Source: Balanoglossus misakiensis
Lineage: Eukaryota > Animalia > Hemichordata
Length of the DNA: 64,000 nt
Reading direction: 5' to 3'
Assembly (NCBI GenBank): GCA_040954595.2
Contig: CM082595.2
Location: 248,001 to 312,000 of the forward strand
Shown here in pieces: positions 14,762-27,312 of the stretch. Numbering within the stretch: the stretch's first letter is position 1; each line of letters begins with the position of its first letter. Position numbers and translations under genes: made by a program. The notes beneath the pieces are model-generated. The model worked only from the letters and a program-made list of their open reading frames with translations. It was not told where the DNA came from and did not search any database.

Positions 14762-15950
14762 AAACCTCCTCAATGCGACTTCTACTTGTAATTAAAACTG
14801 TGGACCAATCAGAAGATCGAATTATGTCACATGTAGTTGCCTACCTCTGATTGGTTGAAACCCATATGCAGAGACCATGACGTCATCACCGCCGAGAGTT
14901 GCTTCTCAAGTTGGCGCCATCTTTTTTCCCGATATGGCCTTGGTATTTTGATTTCGGCAGACCTGAAATGACTAAAATAAAAGGCGAACGCTTAAATATT
15001 GAAATACTAGAAATGTTGAAAATGAAATTCAAACATAAGTGGCCGTGGTGTACCGTGGTTCGAATCCAACAAATGGCCAGTAAAGTAACACACGACCCCA
15101 ATAAACAGGACTGCATGTCGCAGCACTAACTTTAAAGATCACTAAATCTTGAAAGTTGAATTTATACAAATGTTTTGAATTCAAGAACGATCTTCGGAAA
15201 CTTTATAAATAAAACCACATTTTTCATTCTGTGTTGAAAATTGCGGTTATTGGTTTGTGGCCAAGCGGGAGGATCACGATTTGGAAGCAGACAACCGACG
15301 CGACGACCACGTGCGCGACATTTCTCGAAGTCGATAACAATATAATGAAAATGTTTTGATTTCAAAAATAATGGACGAAATTTTTACAAATAAAACCACA
15401 TTTACATTCTAGGGTTATATTGTAAACACTTCTTTCTACCTCGCTTTACATTTTGAAAGAATGGACGACTGTTACTGCTTTGGAGCAAAACGGGAGAGCT
15501 TTTCACATTTTTGGACGCAGACGACATCTGACTTCACGCGACAAAGTTTGGAAACTGTTCAATTTTTGCAAAGTGCTACCGTTAACGCTGACTAAACATG
15601 TTAAAGAGTGAGTCTGTAGCACTCACTGGTAACAATTTCAGACGAGGTTTCCAGAACCAACAAGAATAAAAGTAAAAACAATAGAATCAGACCAAAATAT
15701 GTGTACTTACAGATTAGGAGACGAGCGGCAAGTGCTAAAAGACTTGCGCAATAGTTTTTATACCCGATAGAAAATGAATAATTCATGAGAACACCTTAAA
15801 TGGCGCGTTCATAATATAACTTCATATATTTTATCATGATTGTATTGGCCAATCACGAATGGGCTTTTGTGGAGTAGAGGAGTCTGGGTAACCGAGACCA
15901 AGGGACTATCACGTCGCATAATGAGTGGCACATACTCATATATAATAAAT
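14762..15950. mobile_element. Possible non-autonomous DNA transposon-derived sequence flanking the satellite
   Basis: No credible ORF. There is an inverted CCAATCAGA/TCTGATTGG pair (about 14806-14855) and a local direct repeat of AAATAAAACCACATTT (about 15207 and 15388). The 16-mer TCTGGGTAACCGAGAC (15883-15898) is identical to the right end of the hairpin element at 16898-16913. Family not identifiable by eye. Confidence 0.3.
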
Positions 15951-16839
15951 ATTTGAATATAGCAATATAAATCTAGTTGCAGAAAAAAAATTGCGTGCTA
16001 CAGCTGCAGAAGAGTTTTGTTTTAATAGCGTGCTGGCCTAAAAACTATGTTGTAGATGACTTTCACATTAATTTACGTGTAATTTAGCTCCAGGGCTATA
16101 GTGTGCAATTGTTGGAACAGCCTATCCGGATACCGTCTAAATTTAGAGCACACACTGCACTCAAGTGAACTTGTTGTTATGGCAACTTTTGAAATTGGGT
16201 TGGCAGAACGTAACAATTTTATGCAAATTAAAGAAACTGGTTCCTGCCATGGCGATTATCAAGAATGTATCAGTTTTCCATGACCCATATGACCTTGTTT
16301 TCTTACTTAGGAAGGAAAGTCATTCAATATGTACAGAGACTGTTTATTTGAGTAGTGTGCCTAGCCACAGATGGAGAAGTGTAGGCAGAAATCTGAAGAA
16401 ATATATACCACTTCAATTTATTTAATGGTTTCACAATCTAATATTTTGGCAGCTAAACTGAAACTTTTAAAATCAAACAAGAAATTATTTTCTCAGGTAT
16501 AGTATTAAAGAAAGACACTATTGTTTTTGCAGTTGCATTTATTTTATCCATTTCACTCTACTTGCCAGGGGAGCAGTTTAATCAGTCACTCTCCTACCAC
16601 TTGTGTAATTAATTTCAGGAAAGTTATTTTCAGCTCTCCAGCAATTTTTAAATTACATGCCCTGAAAGTTATGCAAGCTGGTGTCTACCTCTGCAAAATC
16701 TACTAATTTAAAGTAGAAAAAACTGTAACTGTTAATATGTTGTCAAGTTCACATGTAAAATGTTGAAGAAGCCGCGTCACCGCATCAATTTTGAGATTTT
16801 GCTTGGATGCTAAACAAAACTCTTTTTTTTTTTTTTGGC

Positions 16840-16915
16840 CCCAGAGCCCTCTGCCCTCTTCTTCTTTCTGGAGTGCCCAACGGAAGAAGCAGAGGGCTCT
16901 GGGTAACCGAGACTA
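16840..16915. mobile_element. Short MITE-like hairpin element
   Basis: Perfect 15-bp inverted repeat CCCAGAGCCCTCTGC (16840-16854) / GCAGAGGGCTCTGGG (16889-16903), followed by TAACCGAGACTA. A poly-T run lies where the matching left terminus would be. Confidence 0.55.
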
Positions 16916-17032
16916 CTGGCCTGGCAAGCTTGATTTGAATGATCCGTTTAAACTGACCCAAATTTACGGTCATGTTCATGAAAATCACCTTTTTGTTTTC
17001 TAGGAACAACAAATAAATAAGCAATATGTTTG

Positions 17033-17065
<33 letters not shown>
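17033..17065. repeat. (TGA)n microsatellite, about 11 units
   Basis: Direct reading. Confidence 0.95.
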
Positions 17066-17067
<2 letters not shown>

Positions 17068-17161
17068 GCTGTTGTATTTCCATGTATATGTAAACAATTT
17101 TTCTATCATATATTGACATTCTACAAAGTTTTCTTTTTCTTAATTCTTTTCTGCTATTCAG

Positions 17162-18834
17162 AAAGCAGGTCCATATAACCTCGCTGTTGATGTTGGGTGT
17201 GGATCTGGTCAAAGTACAAGAGTTCTTTCGGCACATTTTAACAGTGTGATTGGATGTGATGTCAGTGAAACACAGATTAAAGCAGCAAATGGGAAAGAGA
17301 AATTGCAAAATGTTGAATACAGGTGAGACATATGTGCCTCATCTGATTGCTTGGCATTTCCTTTGCCCCTTTCACCATCATGCTTTGGTCAAAATCCATT
17401 GTTTTCTATGGTAAAAATAGGAAAGTGGGGATGAAAGGGTGCACATAATTAATGTAGCATTGACATTTCTGGACCAAGCTATTTACAATTTGACCCTGTC
17501 TTATTCCGGACCTGTGATACATGTACATGTTTATATAAACAGAGTGAATAGTGAAGAAACAATACCAGCTGAAAACAATTCTGTAGACTTGATAACAGCT
17601 GCCCAGGCTGCCCATTGGTTCAATTTGAAGACATTTTACTCCGAGGCAGACAGGGTGCTAAAACCAGGTGGCTGCCTTGCCATATATGGGTATGGTCTTG
17701 CACAAATTCATCAAAACCCAGAGGGGACTGAACTTCAAAGAGTGTTTGATGAGGTATGCCTTCTAAAAGAGTGAGGACAAATGTGTTGGATATAGTCTGT
17801 GGAACAATATTTTCCTCAACATAATTACTATTGTATTACTTTTGGTTGATGCATAATCCCATGAATGTATTTAGCTTGTAATACAAGTCATCTTCTGTTT
17901 CTCATGCAGTTTTACTATGGAACGTTGAAAGGGTGTTGGGAAGACGGCCGAAAGCATGTTGAAGATCTATATGTTGATATCAAACTGCCCTACTCTGATA
18001 CAGAAAGGTTTGTGTGTGTATGTGCATGCATGTTCATGTATGCATGTACATGTATGCATGCATGCATACATATCATCAATCATACATTCAGTCACAAAAC
18101 ACTCAATTAACATGTGATTGGATTTTCATAAGGTCTTTATTCGTTTTTGGACATTTGTATATTTATAACTGATGTACAATAAAAACTACATGTACATCAT
18201 CAAAAACTCAGTTTTTGTGTTATTTGCAGATATCTATTGTGAAAATCAATTTTAAAAAGAAACTTCCTGCGTAAACATATTCTTTATATAAAAGAACCAT
18301 TAATTCTCAAAGATCATTAAATAGGTATGTTACAATTAATCTCTGTATTGTCAATTAAAACAACCTCAGAGTCAATAATGAACAGCAAAGAAAAAAACAT
18401 GTGGCAAATACAGTTGTGACTCTGAAATACTACTGCTTTTGAACAACTGAAATACTTATTTTTGATTTTTTTTTTACAGAGATGATTCTTTGTTCATTGA
18501 GATGAAGTACACATTACCTGATTTTGTTGGCTATCTAAGTTCGTGGTCAGCATATCACAAGTACAGAAAACTGAACCCACAAGACAGTTGTGTACTTCAG
18601 AGAGTTCTTGAAAAGTAAGAATTTGCTGGTATTCCCCTTTCACATGATGAAGAAATTTCATTGATCTTTGTGATTCAAATATCAGTAAGCTCTGTAATTT
18701 CTCCCTTTGATTTTGTGCTTTTTTTCAGGTTCCTGAATGTTTATGGAGTAGATGAAAAATCTGCTGGACTGATAGCCTTGTCTGTTAAATACCCAGTCTT
18801 CCTTCTTCTTAGCAGAAAGCCAGGAGAGTCATAA
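17162..18834 (+). CDS. Class I SAM-dependent methyltransferase (Methyltransf_11 type), 5'-partial
   Basis: Five GT-AG exons in consistent phase: 17162-17322 (KAGPYNLAVDVGCGSGQSTRVLSAHFNSVIGCDVSETQI; motif I VDVGCGSG), 17543-17753 (SVDLITAAQAAHWF...RVLKPGGCLAIYGY), 17910-18007, 18480-18614 (FVGYLSSWSAY), 18729-18834 (YPVFLLLSRKPGES*). No start exon found. Confidence 0.92.
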
Positions 18835-19205
18835 TTAAGAGTCACCACCAGAAATACAAATTATTTAAATCATCTTGTTGAAGCATGTGTTTTAATGAGT
18901 GATCCTTTCTCAAGTTAGTACTGAAATTTACATAACTGGTGCCGAATAAGTCTTAAAATAGTTGAGGGTGCAGCTGTAAATTGTCCATACATCTGTCTTG
19001 TCTGTGTTGGTTACTATTAAACAGACAGTTTGAAAACTGAGCTCAGGGACAGGGTATTGTAACCACTAATTCCAAGTGATCAGACTTTCTGCTAACTTAG
19101 TTGTGTGAAATGTTCATGAGCAGCTACAGTTTGTCTTATTTTCTCTATTGAAATATTTATCTTGTAAATAAATTTCCTGTCAAGAGTCTGTTTGCCATGG
19201 GCACT

Positions 19206-22200
19206 TCATGAAAACTTGTACCCGTAATAATTCGCAGATACAGGAGCGGAGGTGATGTGTCCCTTGGTATATTCCCCTCTGTCACTACTGCGTTTGAAAT
19301 GCATTAAATTAGATCTGCGAGCCTTGTGTAGTTCCGAGGTTGTGTGATCTGAGTGCCTGGGTGACTATAAAAAGAGTAAGAATTCAAATGCAAATTGAAT
19401 ATTAAAGATCACAACAAGATCAAAATCTTCAAAATTTATGGCAGCAATAATCAACATTTCTAGCTACTTTAATTAAATTTGATATTCACACTTGCAGCCT
19501 TATTTGTCTTGTTGACCTTACCTCATCATCATCAAATTCATCGTTTAATTGTTGGCCGATAGTACAATATGTGTGGTACTCCTCCAAAGGAATGTTGGAA
19601 TGTGCTGCGCTTCGTTTTATCATTCTGTCGATCTTATGCCTGTAAATACCAGTACATGAAGATTCAAAAAATGAATGCAAGTGGCTCCTTTGCGATACAA
19701 AGTTCATGTTCAGGACACAGTGAGACCTTCTGAAACAGGTAGACTTGTGTAAGTGTCTTGCACTGGAACACTTGAGTTTATTTATAGTCTATTGTGGTAT
19801 GTATATCTCCACACAGTCATGTTGAGTGTTTGGTTGAGGATACTTCTGCTATTTTCCTTCTGTACTATGCCTAATTCATCTTGGAAGATGCCACCAACAT
19901 AACTGTCATAATACGACAAAGTGATTTGTTTGTAAACTGAACTTGACTTACAGATTTTTCTTGGCATCTCTGTGTCTTCCCCCTTCTGCCATTATTGCTG
20001 ACTCCTGAACCGCTGATAAGCCAACTACTGCAACATTTAAGTTCTGCAAAAGTCGATCAACAGAACACAAGCATGAACCATTTAATTAAAGAAACACATC
20101 AAGCAACCTGTACTTGTTGTGTTCTGTGCCTATTGTTAAAGTGGTGTCTTTTAACAAACAGTTGTGTACTTTTTACAGCTTAAGTGGCCGTATATATAAT
20201 AGTGATAATAGTGAGTTCTTATATAGTGCACGCATCCACAATTGTGCTCAAGGTGCCTTACAATTACGACCAAATATTCAAAGCAGTACTTACCTCCTCC
20301 ATTTTTGCCCTGTCAGAAGTACCTTCCATTTTCTGGCTAAGCACTCGAAGGCATTTCATTCCATCCTTTCTGGTATACATGATCTGCACCTGATCAAAGT
20401 CAACCAAAAATGCAATAATTTAGAACATATTCAGCATTGAATTTTTCATTTACATTAGCTTCTAAACAAATTGTGAATTTATCACTGGGATATTCATGGT
20501 TTGACCATAATTCCAGCAATAGACCGATTATCATCAACAATGTTAACCAATATGAAAGTTGAAGGTGTAACAAACCTTTCAACAATGATATACCAATGTA
20601 CTTGTACATGTATAGTTTAATTACTGTTTGCTTTTTCCTTTAAAAATTTAGTATTATAGCAGTATACATTACACAACTGATCACGAATAACACCAGGCAG
20701 ACCAGACCAACAACTGAACACATGAGCGAAAATAAATATCTGGTAACTTACCTGGAATGGTAGTGATTTCAGGTGGTTCTCATCCTGTCCACTTCGCAGC
20801 CCAAATCGAAATGACACATCATGTTCTCTCATAACATTTCCAATATTTCTTTTGAAACAACTGCTTCTTTCCTGAGGGTTGATCGAGATAATGATTGTTT
20901 ACTCAGTTGGACAGAGATAAAGTTAATACACCTTTTCACAGAAAGAGGGTGCCCTTCCAAGACGACATAAAAAAATGAGGCAGCTTGTCACAGGTCTTTT
21001 GTATCATCGATATAGTCGGGACTGAAGTTGACAGCCAAATTCTATTGTAAGCCAGGCAGGTTTTTCTTGCAACTTGTATCATATATACAACAAAGCAGAT
21101 GAGCTCGAGCAGTACTTACCCTGTGCCCTAGCTACTAGCCTTTTTTTTTTTTTTTTGCGTCGTCTGCTTAGAGATGACGCCTTGTTTTGAAAGGGCGACC
21201 TCTTTATGAAAAGGACGTTTAGGCTAGCAGAGCAGCATAAGAACCAAATAAGATTAAAATTATAATATTACCTCTGTATCCTGCTGTGTAATATAGAGGG
21301 ATGGATGACATATAACAGTGACAAACACCTCTGTGGCCACAACAGGGTTCTGGTGAATCTGACGAATTTCTCGTGCAAGTTCCAATGGATGTAGGATGTT
21401 TACGTTGCCGTTTGAAATTTTTGCACATTCCTTGACCAGATCCATTTCACACTGGTGACCTTCAAGGCCAATGATAGAGATGCTGATCTGTTGACGTTTT
21501 GCATGTTCACCAACCTAAATAGTGGAATCAAGATTAGACAAGATTAAAATATAGATCAATGGTTATAAGATACACATGCATGCACCATAAAATGTACCAG
21601 TTGCTTTTAACATCTGTGAAAGACAAGAATGGATCTCATTCGTGGGAATTACATTCATTACTTTGGCCACCTTTTGGAAATTTTATCTTTGATAAACAAG
21701 GTTCAAACTCCTTCAAATAAATGCACATGGGATACACTCACGACTGATGCCAGAAAAATAACAATCTTGGAAAGAGACTCAAAATGATTATTACCCTTAT
21801 TTTGTCAAATAAAAGGATGGTTATAAGAAGTGGCAAGGGAAAATGAGAACAGAAAATAGCAAAACAATCTAGGTATATACCTTGACATAGAAGTCACTGC
21901 CATCTTCCCTTGAGGATATTGACCCAATTCCAACATTGGGCATTCCATCTGTGCACAGAATAATCTCAGATCCGGGAGTCTCGGATACCAACCCAACACA
22001 TGCTGCTAATGCAGGACCCAGAGCAGTGCGTCCACTTGGTGTCATCGAGGAAATTTTGTTAATCAGTGACCTATACAGATAAAAGAATTTGTCACACTTT
22101 ATGCCTTTATCTAGAAGACTGCCACACATTGTATTACAACAGTTCTACCCGAGAAACAAAATGTGCCATCACAAAGACTGAGAGATATATGATACTACCA

Positions 22201-25200
22201 CATGTCAAGAGAGAAAATAAGTTTCACCAACCCGCCTGATTTTGCAACAGTCTGCACATTCCATTCTCTGGCTTTTGAATGACCACTTTCAACGAGTGCA
22301 TCGTAGTTGTTGTACACTTCTCTCACAGTTGTTGGATGGTCTTGTCCATCTCCAAAGATTGTGACAGTCTCACTGAATGTCACCAGTACAACTTGTTTCT
22401 CTGGGAATTCAATTTGTAATCTTTCCAACTGCCTGGATAAAACATGTAGCACAAGAAAGTATTTGGATGACAGCAAATATGCCAACACGGAGCTAACAAT
22501 GAGTTGGCCTAGTGCAGCTGACAGCCACTATTATTATGCAGCTAATGCTATTGTTTATGCAACCTGATGTAGTCTTTGTGTTCACTCTGCTAAGTTGGGT
22601 TAGTCTTAGGTTAGCTACTGTCTATGCTTTAACAATGTTGGCTGAGTTAGAAAATTAATTCTGATATACAGTTTACCTGATTACGGCACTCTGAATACAT
22701 TCCAGACTTGAAATGCACCTACGGATTGGTCTATTACTATTCACTGCACTCCACTGAACTGAAATTATTCAATTTATAGTCACAATGTTACGTCACGACA
22801 GGCTTAAAATCCACCAGAAATGCATAACAGAGACATATTTAATGGTTTTCTGATGATTATAGCGGAAAGCACAACTTTGCATCACTTTATGAAAATGATA
22901 TTTTGTAAACACTTGATTCATATGCTTTTAGTTGACAAAGTCCATTGCAATCCTACAGAACCATTGAGTAATTACCTTGCAGGGCTGGTATCTCTGTTAA
23001 TTCTCCCATTGACCCACTGATGTCAATACAATATACAACAATGCCTGGACTAGCTGTTGCTGCTGGTGTTTCACTTGCAGATTGATCAGCTGCAGGAGTC
23101 ATGATTGCAGGAGCCAGGACATAATCAACTTGGTCAATCTCAGGAATCTGAATGGGAGAGTAATATACCTTCACATGGTATACACATTGTATACATACCA
23201 CATTGGACCTAATAAAATTGAGTCCTATGAATAATATTTATCATTACAGCAAAAATAATATTTCATTCAGGTAAATGTAAATATATTTGATGTATGACTC
23301 ACCTCTTCCTTTTCCATGTCAATATCTCTGTTTTCCTTGCTGCAAAATTCACTGTAAATGTCATGAATGAGACAAAAAGTTAAATCTTTGTTCTTTTAAT
23401 AAGTGAAAATTAATAAAGATGTAAATATGGAGAGATTCTTCCTTGTTAATGGGATAGAAATGTTTGTGATATAAAAGAAAAGTCATGCCAATCAACACTC
23501 ACCACTTCCAACTCGGCAAACAACCTTCACCCTCCGCATCTCTGAGTTCAGATATTTTGGAGAAGACAGCATTGCATTCTTTGCAGTGTACGGGATCCCC
23601 AGTGACAATCTTGGGGTCTTGCTCTAAAGTACCCAGGCTGAGCACCAGGACATTACTGTCCCCCTTCTCAAGCTCCAGTTCACCTGGGGTTGCACCTGGG
23701 GTCGCTCCTGATGGCGTAGCCTGTGCCTGTCTCGATTTCACACTCTTTTTCCGACCGAAGAACTTCCCACTGAATAAACCATGTGTCTTGCTTTTCTTTG
23801 GGTGCTCTTTCGCATCGTCTTAATAAGAAGGAAACATCCAAAAGAATAATATATCAGTAAACTTGTTTAGCACGTGGTGACAATTCATAGGCACATGCAT
23901 GTAGCTTGTGTATGTGTGCATGTCTACCATCTGTGGATTCTTGCTATGGGAAACAGAATAAAGAGGTGTGGCACCCAGTTGTTATTTAACATGTTCATAT
24001 ATAAAAACACGGCCATTATTAGTGGTTTGACTTGTAAAATGTTTGTGTACACCCACCCATCAGTAAGCCTATGAAGATGGATCAATCTAAGTTTGAAATT
24101 GTGGCAAACATTCTCACCCACTTCCTCTGGTTCTTTGCTGTGTCCTGTAATGTTAAGCTGTTTTTGGAAAGTGTCTTCAATGGTTGGGTCATAGCAATCG
24201 ACAAAGTCATCCTGGACAAAGCGTATGGTGATAGAAGACTTGCCGACACCACCAGAACCAAGGATGACTACCTGTAGGATTTATCAGTGAAAAGGTTTTT
24301 GGTTGTGGATATAATATGACTCCCCTGGGAAAATTCGCCTATTTGGACGGAAATTGTCACTGAGCAAATCAAAGTGATTATTTGCTTCCTAATATGCTAA
24401 TTCTCAACAGAGATTGATACCAAATACCTGAACATATAATGTTTACAACCTTATTATACTTTCACAAGTACCGTACATGGGCCAACATGCTTGATCAAAC
24501 AACGTCCTGTGATCACACGTATCATCTGCACATGCTCACTCGAATCATGCTAAGACTTTGTACCTTATAATGATTTTACCTTATATTCTCCTGTTTCAGT
24601 TCGTGGAGTATATCTGATGAGTGTTTCAAAACACTCTGTCACTCTGCTGCCTGTTTTTGCCGACACTTCTATGAATGGAATGTTGAGTCTCTTGGCACAT
24701 TTCTCTCCTTCAACTATTGGCACTTGACGGTCATCTTTGAGGTCGATCTTGTTGCCAACAAGGATCTGGAGAAATAACACACAAATGACCTCTGTTCAAA
24801 ATTTAATCTCAGAAAAGAGTTTCCAAAACTTGTACAGAAATGGGGTAAATGTTTCAATGCACAGAGAACCCACACATAGAAAGGAAAATATTGGAAATAC
24901 GAGAGTTTCTAAGCATCTTCCTCCACAGATCAGAATTTGTAATACAAATCATAAATTTTTCTTCCTGTGGGTAATTCCTCTGCAAAGGTCATAGCCTCAG
25001 GCTGTAAATACTGAAGTTGTTGGCACCAGACACCAGTTTAGGAAAGTCCCTTGACTGGCTGCTATAGATAGGTTCGACTGCATCAAACTATACTCACTGC
25101 TGATGCCTTCTCAACATGGTTGACACGTAATATCCATGTGTAGATTGCTAAAGCTTCTTCAAAAGACTGGCGGGATGTGATGGAGTACACTATCAGAAAT

Positions 25201-26350
25201 GAGTGACCAGTTCGCACATACTGCAAAAAATGAACATTGTTTGGATAAAGAGAGTGAAATTGATAACAAGTTGTATGTATAGCCCTATTATGAGAACTTA
25301 CATTTCAAAGTACTTCGCTTATGTTTTGGCTAGAAGATGATACTGTATAGTCAGTGATGCACAGCTAATTGTCCACCATTGCCATTGTATGTCAACATTT
25401 CTCTGTAATTGCTGGCCCAATTATTGCTTTAGGGTAATATGTGTTCAAATTATGGGGAAATTCACATATTTGTATAAGGAGAGGGCATCTTACACCATTC
25501 TTGTAGGGATGACGTCCATTCATTTTTGTTCAATATGTGATATTCCATTCTGCCCTCAGCTGTAAGCTGAATTAATTTCTAATATGACAAAATTGGACCT
25601 TTACAAAGGCTATTGCTGAAGCAAATTTCTTAATTTGTGGATGGTAAGCCTTATACTTACTTGTTCTCGCACAGAAGAGAACTCCTCTTGACCAGCGGTG
25701 TCCAATATATCCAAAAGACAGACCTAAATGCAAATAAACATATATAAAATCATAAATCAATATCTAAATAAAGAACAACTTAAATGGTTTTACCCATGAA
25801 AGGGGACAGCAACGTAGGGGGTAGTGACTGCAGTGCAGAGAATGTCCTCTGATCAAAGTTAATTAAATTTTTGCTGTTTTGCTAGGGAGATCAGAGGATT
25901 GTGAGGGCATATTGATCTGTGCTTATCAACTTTGACATTCGGTACACATGGTACATGTAGTCATAAAATACACTCTCATTGTGTCAGTCTTTCAACTATA
26001 TCAAGTAATCCAACATGATTAACTGACACTTAGTCACTTGTTGGACAGATCGGCCTGCGCATAAAAAAATAGCTATACGCTGAACTTCACTAACCATGTA
26101 CCATCACGACAGGATATTAAAAGTACCATACTATAACATGATGGTTCTCATTTGGAACACGGCTGCCAACTGAAATCCGGAAAGATTTAAATACCTCATC
26201 ATCCGCATCCGCTTTCTTGTCCACAGATGATGCTTTTGGAGTTGAGATGTTACTGTATTTTATTGGTGACCTCAGTTCTTCTTCGGTAACTGTCTCCAAT
26301 TCCCCCTTTCCTTCCGGTGGGAAGTACACAAACTTATTGCCAAAATTCAT
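19206..26350 (-). CDS. Circularly permuted Ras protein 1-like (permuted Ras domain + CxxC..CxxC zinc finger + VWA domain + Sec23/24-like C-terminal region)
   Basis: 17 phase-compatible exons: 26195-26350 ([10 protein letters not shown]), 25661-25723 ([21 protein letters not shown]), 25098-25220 ([22 protein letters not shown]), 24580-24765 (ILVGNKIDL...EVSAKTG...TGEYK), 24118-24271 ([33 protein letters not shown]), 23503-23818 ([12 protein letters not shown]...WKC), 23303-23351 (EFC), 22976-23147 ([10 protein letters not shown]), ~22677-22758, ~22231-22432, ~21881-22070 (GRTALGPAL...[13 protein letters not shown]), 21272-21514, 20752-20871, 20294-20389, ~19952-20043, ~19522-19639, 19206-19364 (NYYGYKFS*). 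Confidence 0.93.
21136..21226. mobile_element. Possible degenerate MITE in an intron of the permuted Ras gene
   Basis: Termini TAGCCT...AGGCTA, an internal imperfect hairpin (GCGTC...GACGC) and a poly-T run on the left arm. Confidence 0.3.
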
Positions 26351-27209
26351 GATTGTCGCGCGCCCCGGTGATTGTCGCACGCGCAGTCAGTTGTCCCAAA
26401 GCTTTTTCTGGAAAAAAGAAGCCATTGTATTCAATACAATTTATAACTGTGTTTAAGTTTTTGTTTTTATCATCAAAAAGTTCACACCGATTGATTAATT
26501 GATGACTTTGATTAGATCATGTATAAACTGACTATTGCGTGAATTTCTGACGAAATGAACATTAGCCGCGACAAATCGCGCGCGCGCCATGTACATTACA
26601 CTAATATTTTCGGATAGCTTCCTGGTTCCTGGTTCTGCATGGCCTTGACCAGATTGTTGAATGACAACACGACCTAATAACCGCAATCATGAACGACCAG
26701 TAAACAGGTAAACTACTCCCGCTAAAGCATTGAAAAATGGGGTCATATTGAACCTTTGTTCTTGTACTCGCAAACAGGTTTGCCTCGGCTGAAACCTTGC
26801 CAGTGATGGGCTGGGGGTTTATCGAAACACAGTCACTTATTGTCGAACTGTTTTTATACTGATCTGCCCAGTGAATCTGAAAAATGCAAGGTCGCATCTA
26901 GCCTATACCGTACACACTCAAACATAAAAAGTCTTATGCGCATTTCTTTGCGTGTTTGTTTCAGCACCACGTTAATACTGACTCCATCGTCGATCGCATA
27001 TAAAACAGATGGTACGTGTATTCTGATTGTCTTACCTCAGCGATTCCCGAGCAGTAAACACGGAAACGTTGGAGATCTATGACTCAGACGCAAACGATTT
27101 CAACCAAGAACATCCAACAACAGAACACGTTCGTACGCGAGCGTAGAAGTATTTATACCAAGAAGAAAGGTCTATTTTTAGAACTCGCTTGATTTGTAAT
27201 AAGCACGCT

Positions 27210-27280
27210 CTGTGATTGGTTGAGAGTTAGGTATGACGTGTTTACTATATTTGAGTCTGGGACTTAAAAGTCTATAAATT
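27210..27280 (+). promoter_or_regulatory. Candidate core promoter of the Rho GTPase gene
   Basis: Inverted CCAAT (GATTGG, about 27214), CRE-like TGACGTG (27234-27240) and TATAAA (27273-27278) lie just upstream of the ATGs at 27313/27337. Motif evidence only. Confidence 0.4.
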
Positions 27281-27312
27281 ACCGCCTCAATCGCCCTTTT
27301 CCGCACACAAAT

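Noticed and set aside
16101-16425. Short ORFs as the missing first exon of the methyltransferase
   Set aside because: No family-like N-terminal motif and no suitable phase-0 donor.
20752-20871. [13 protein letters not shown] resembling a Crypton/DUF3504 tyrosine-recombinase motif
   Set aside because: It is a phase-compatible exon of the permuted Ras gene, continuing LPFQ|[10 protein letters not shown].
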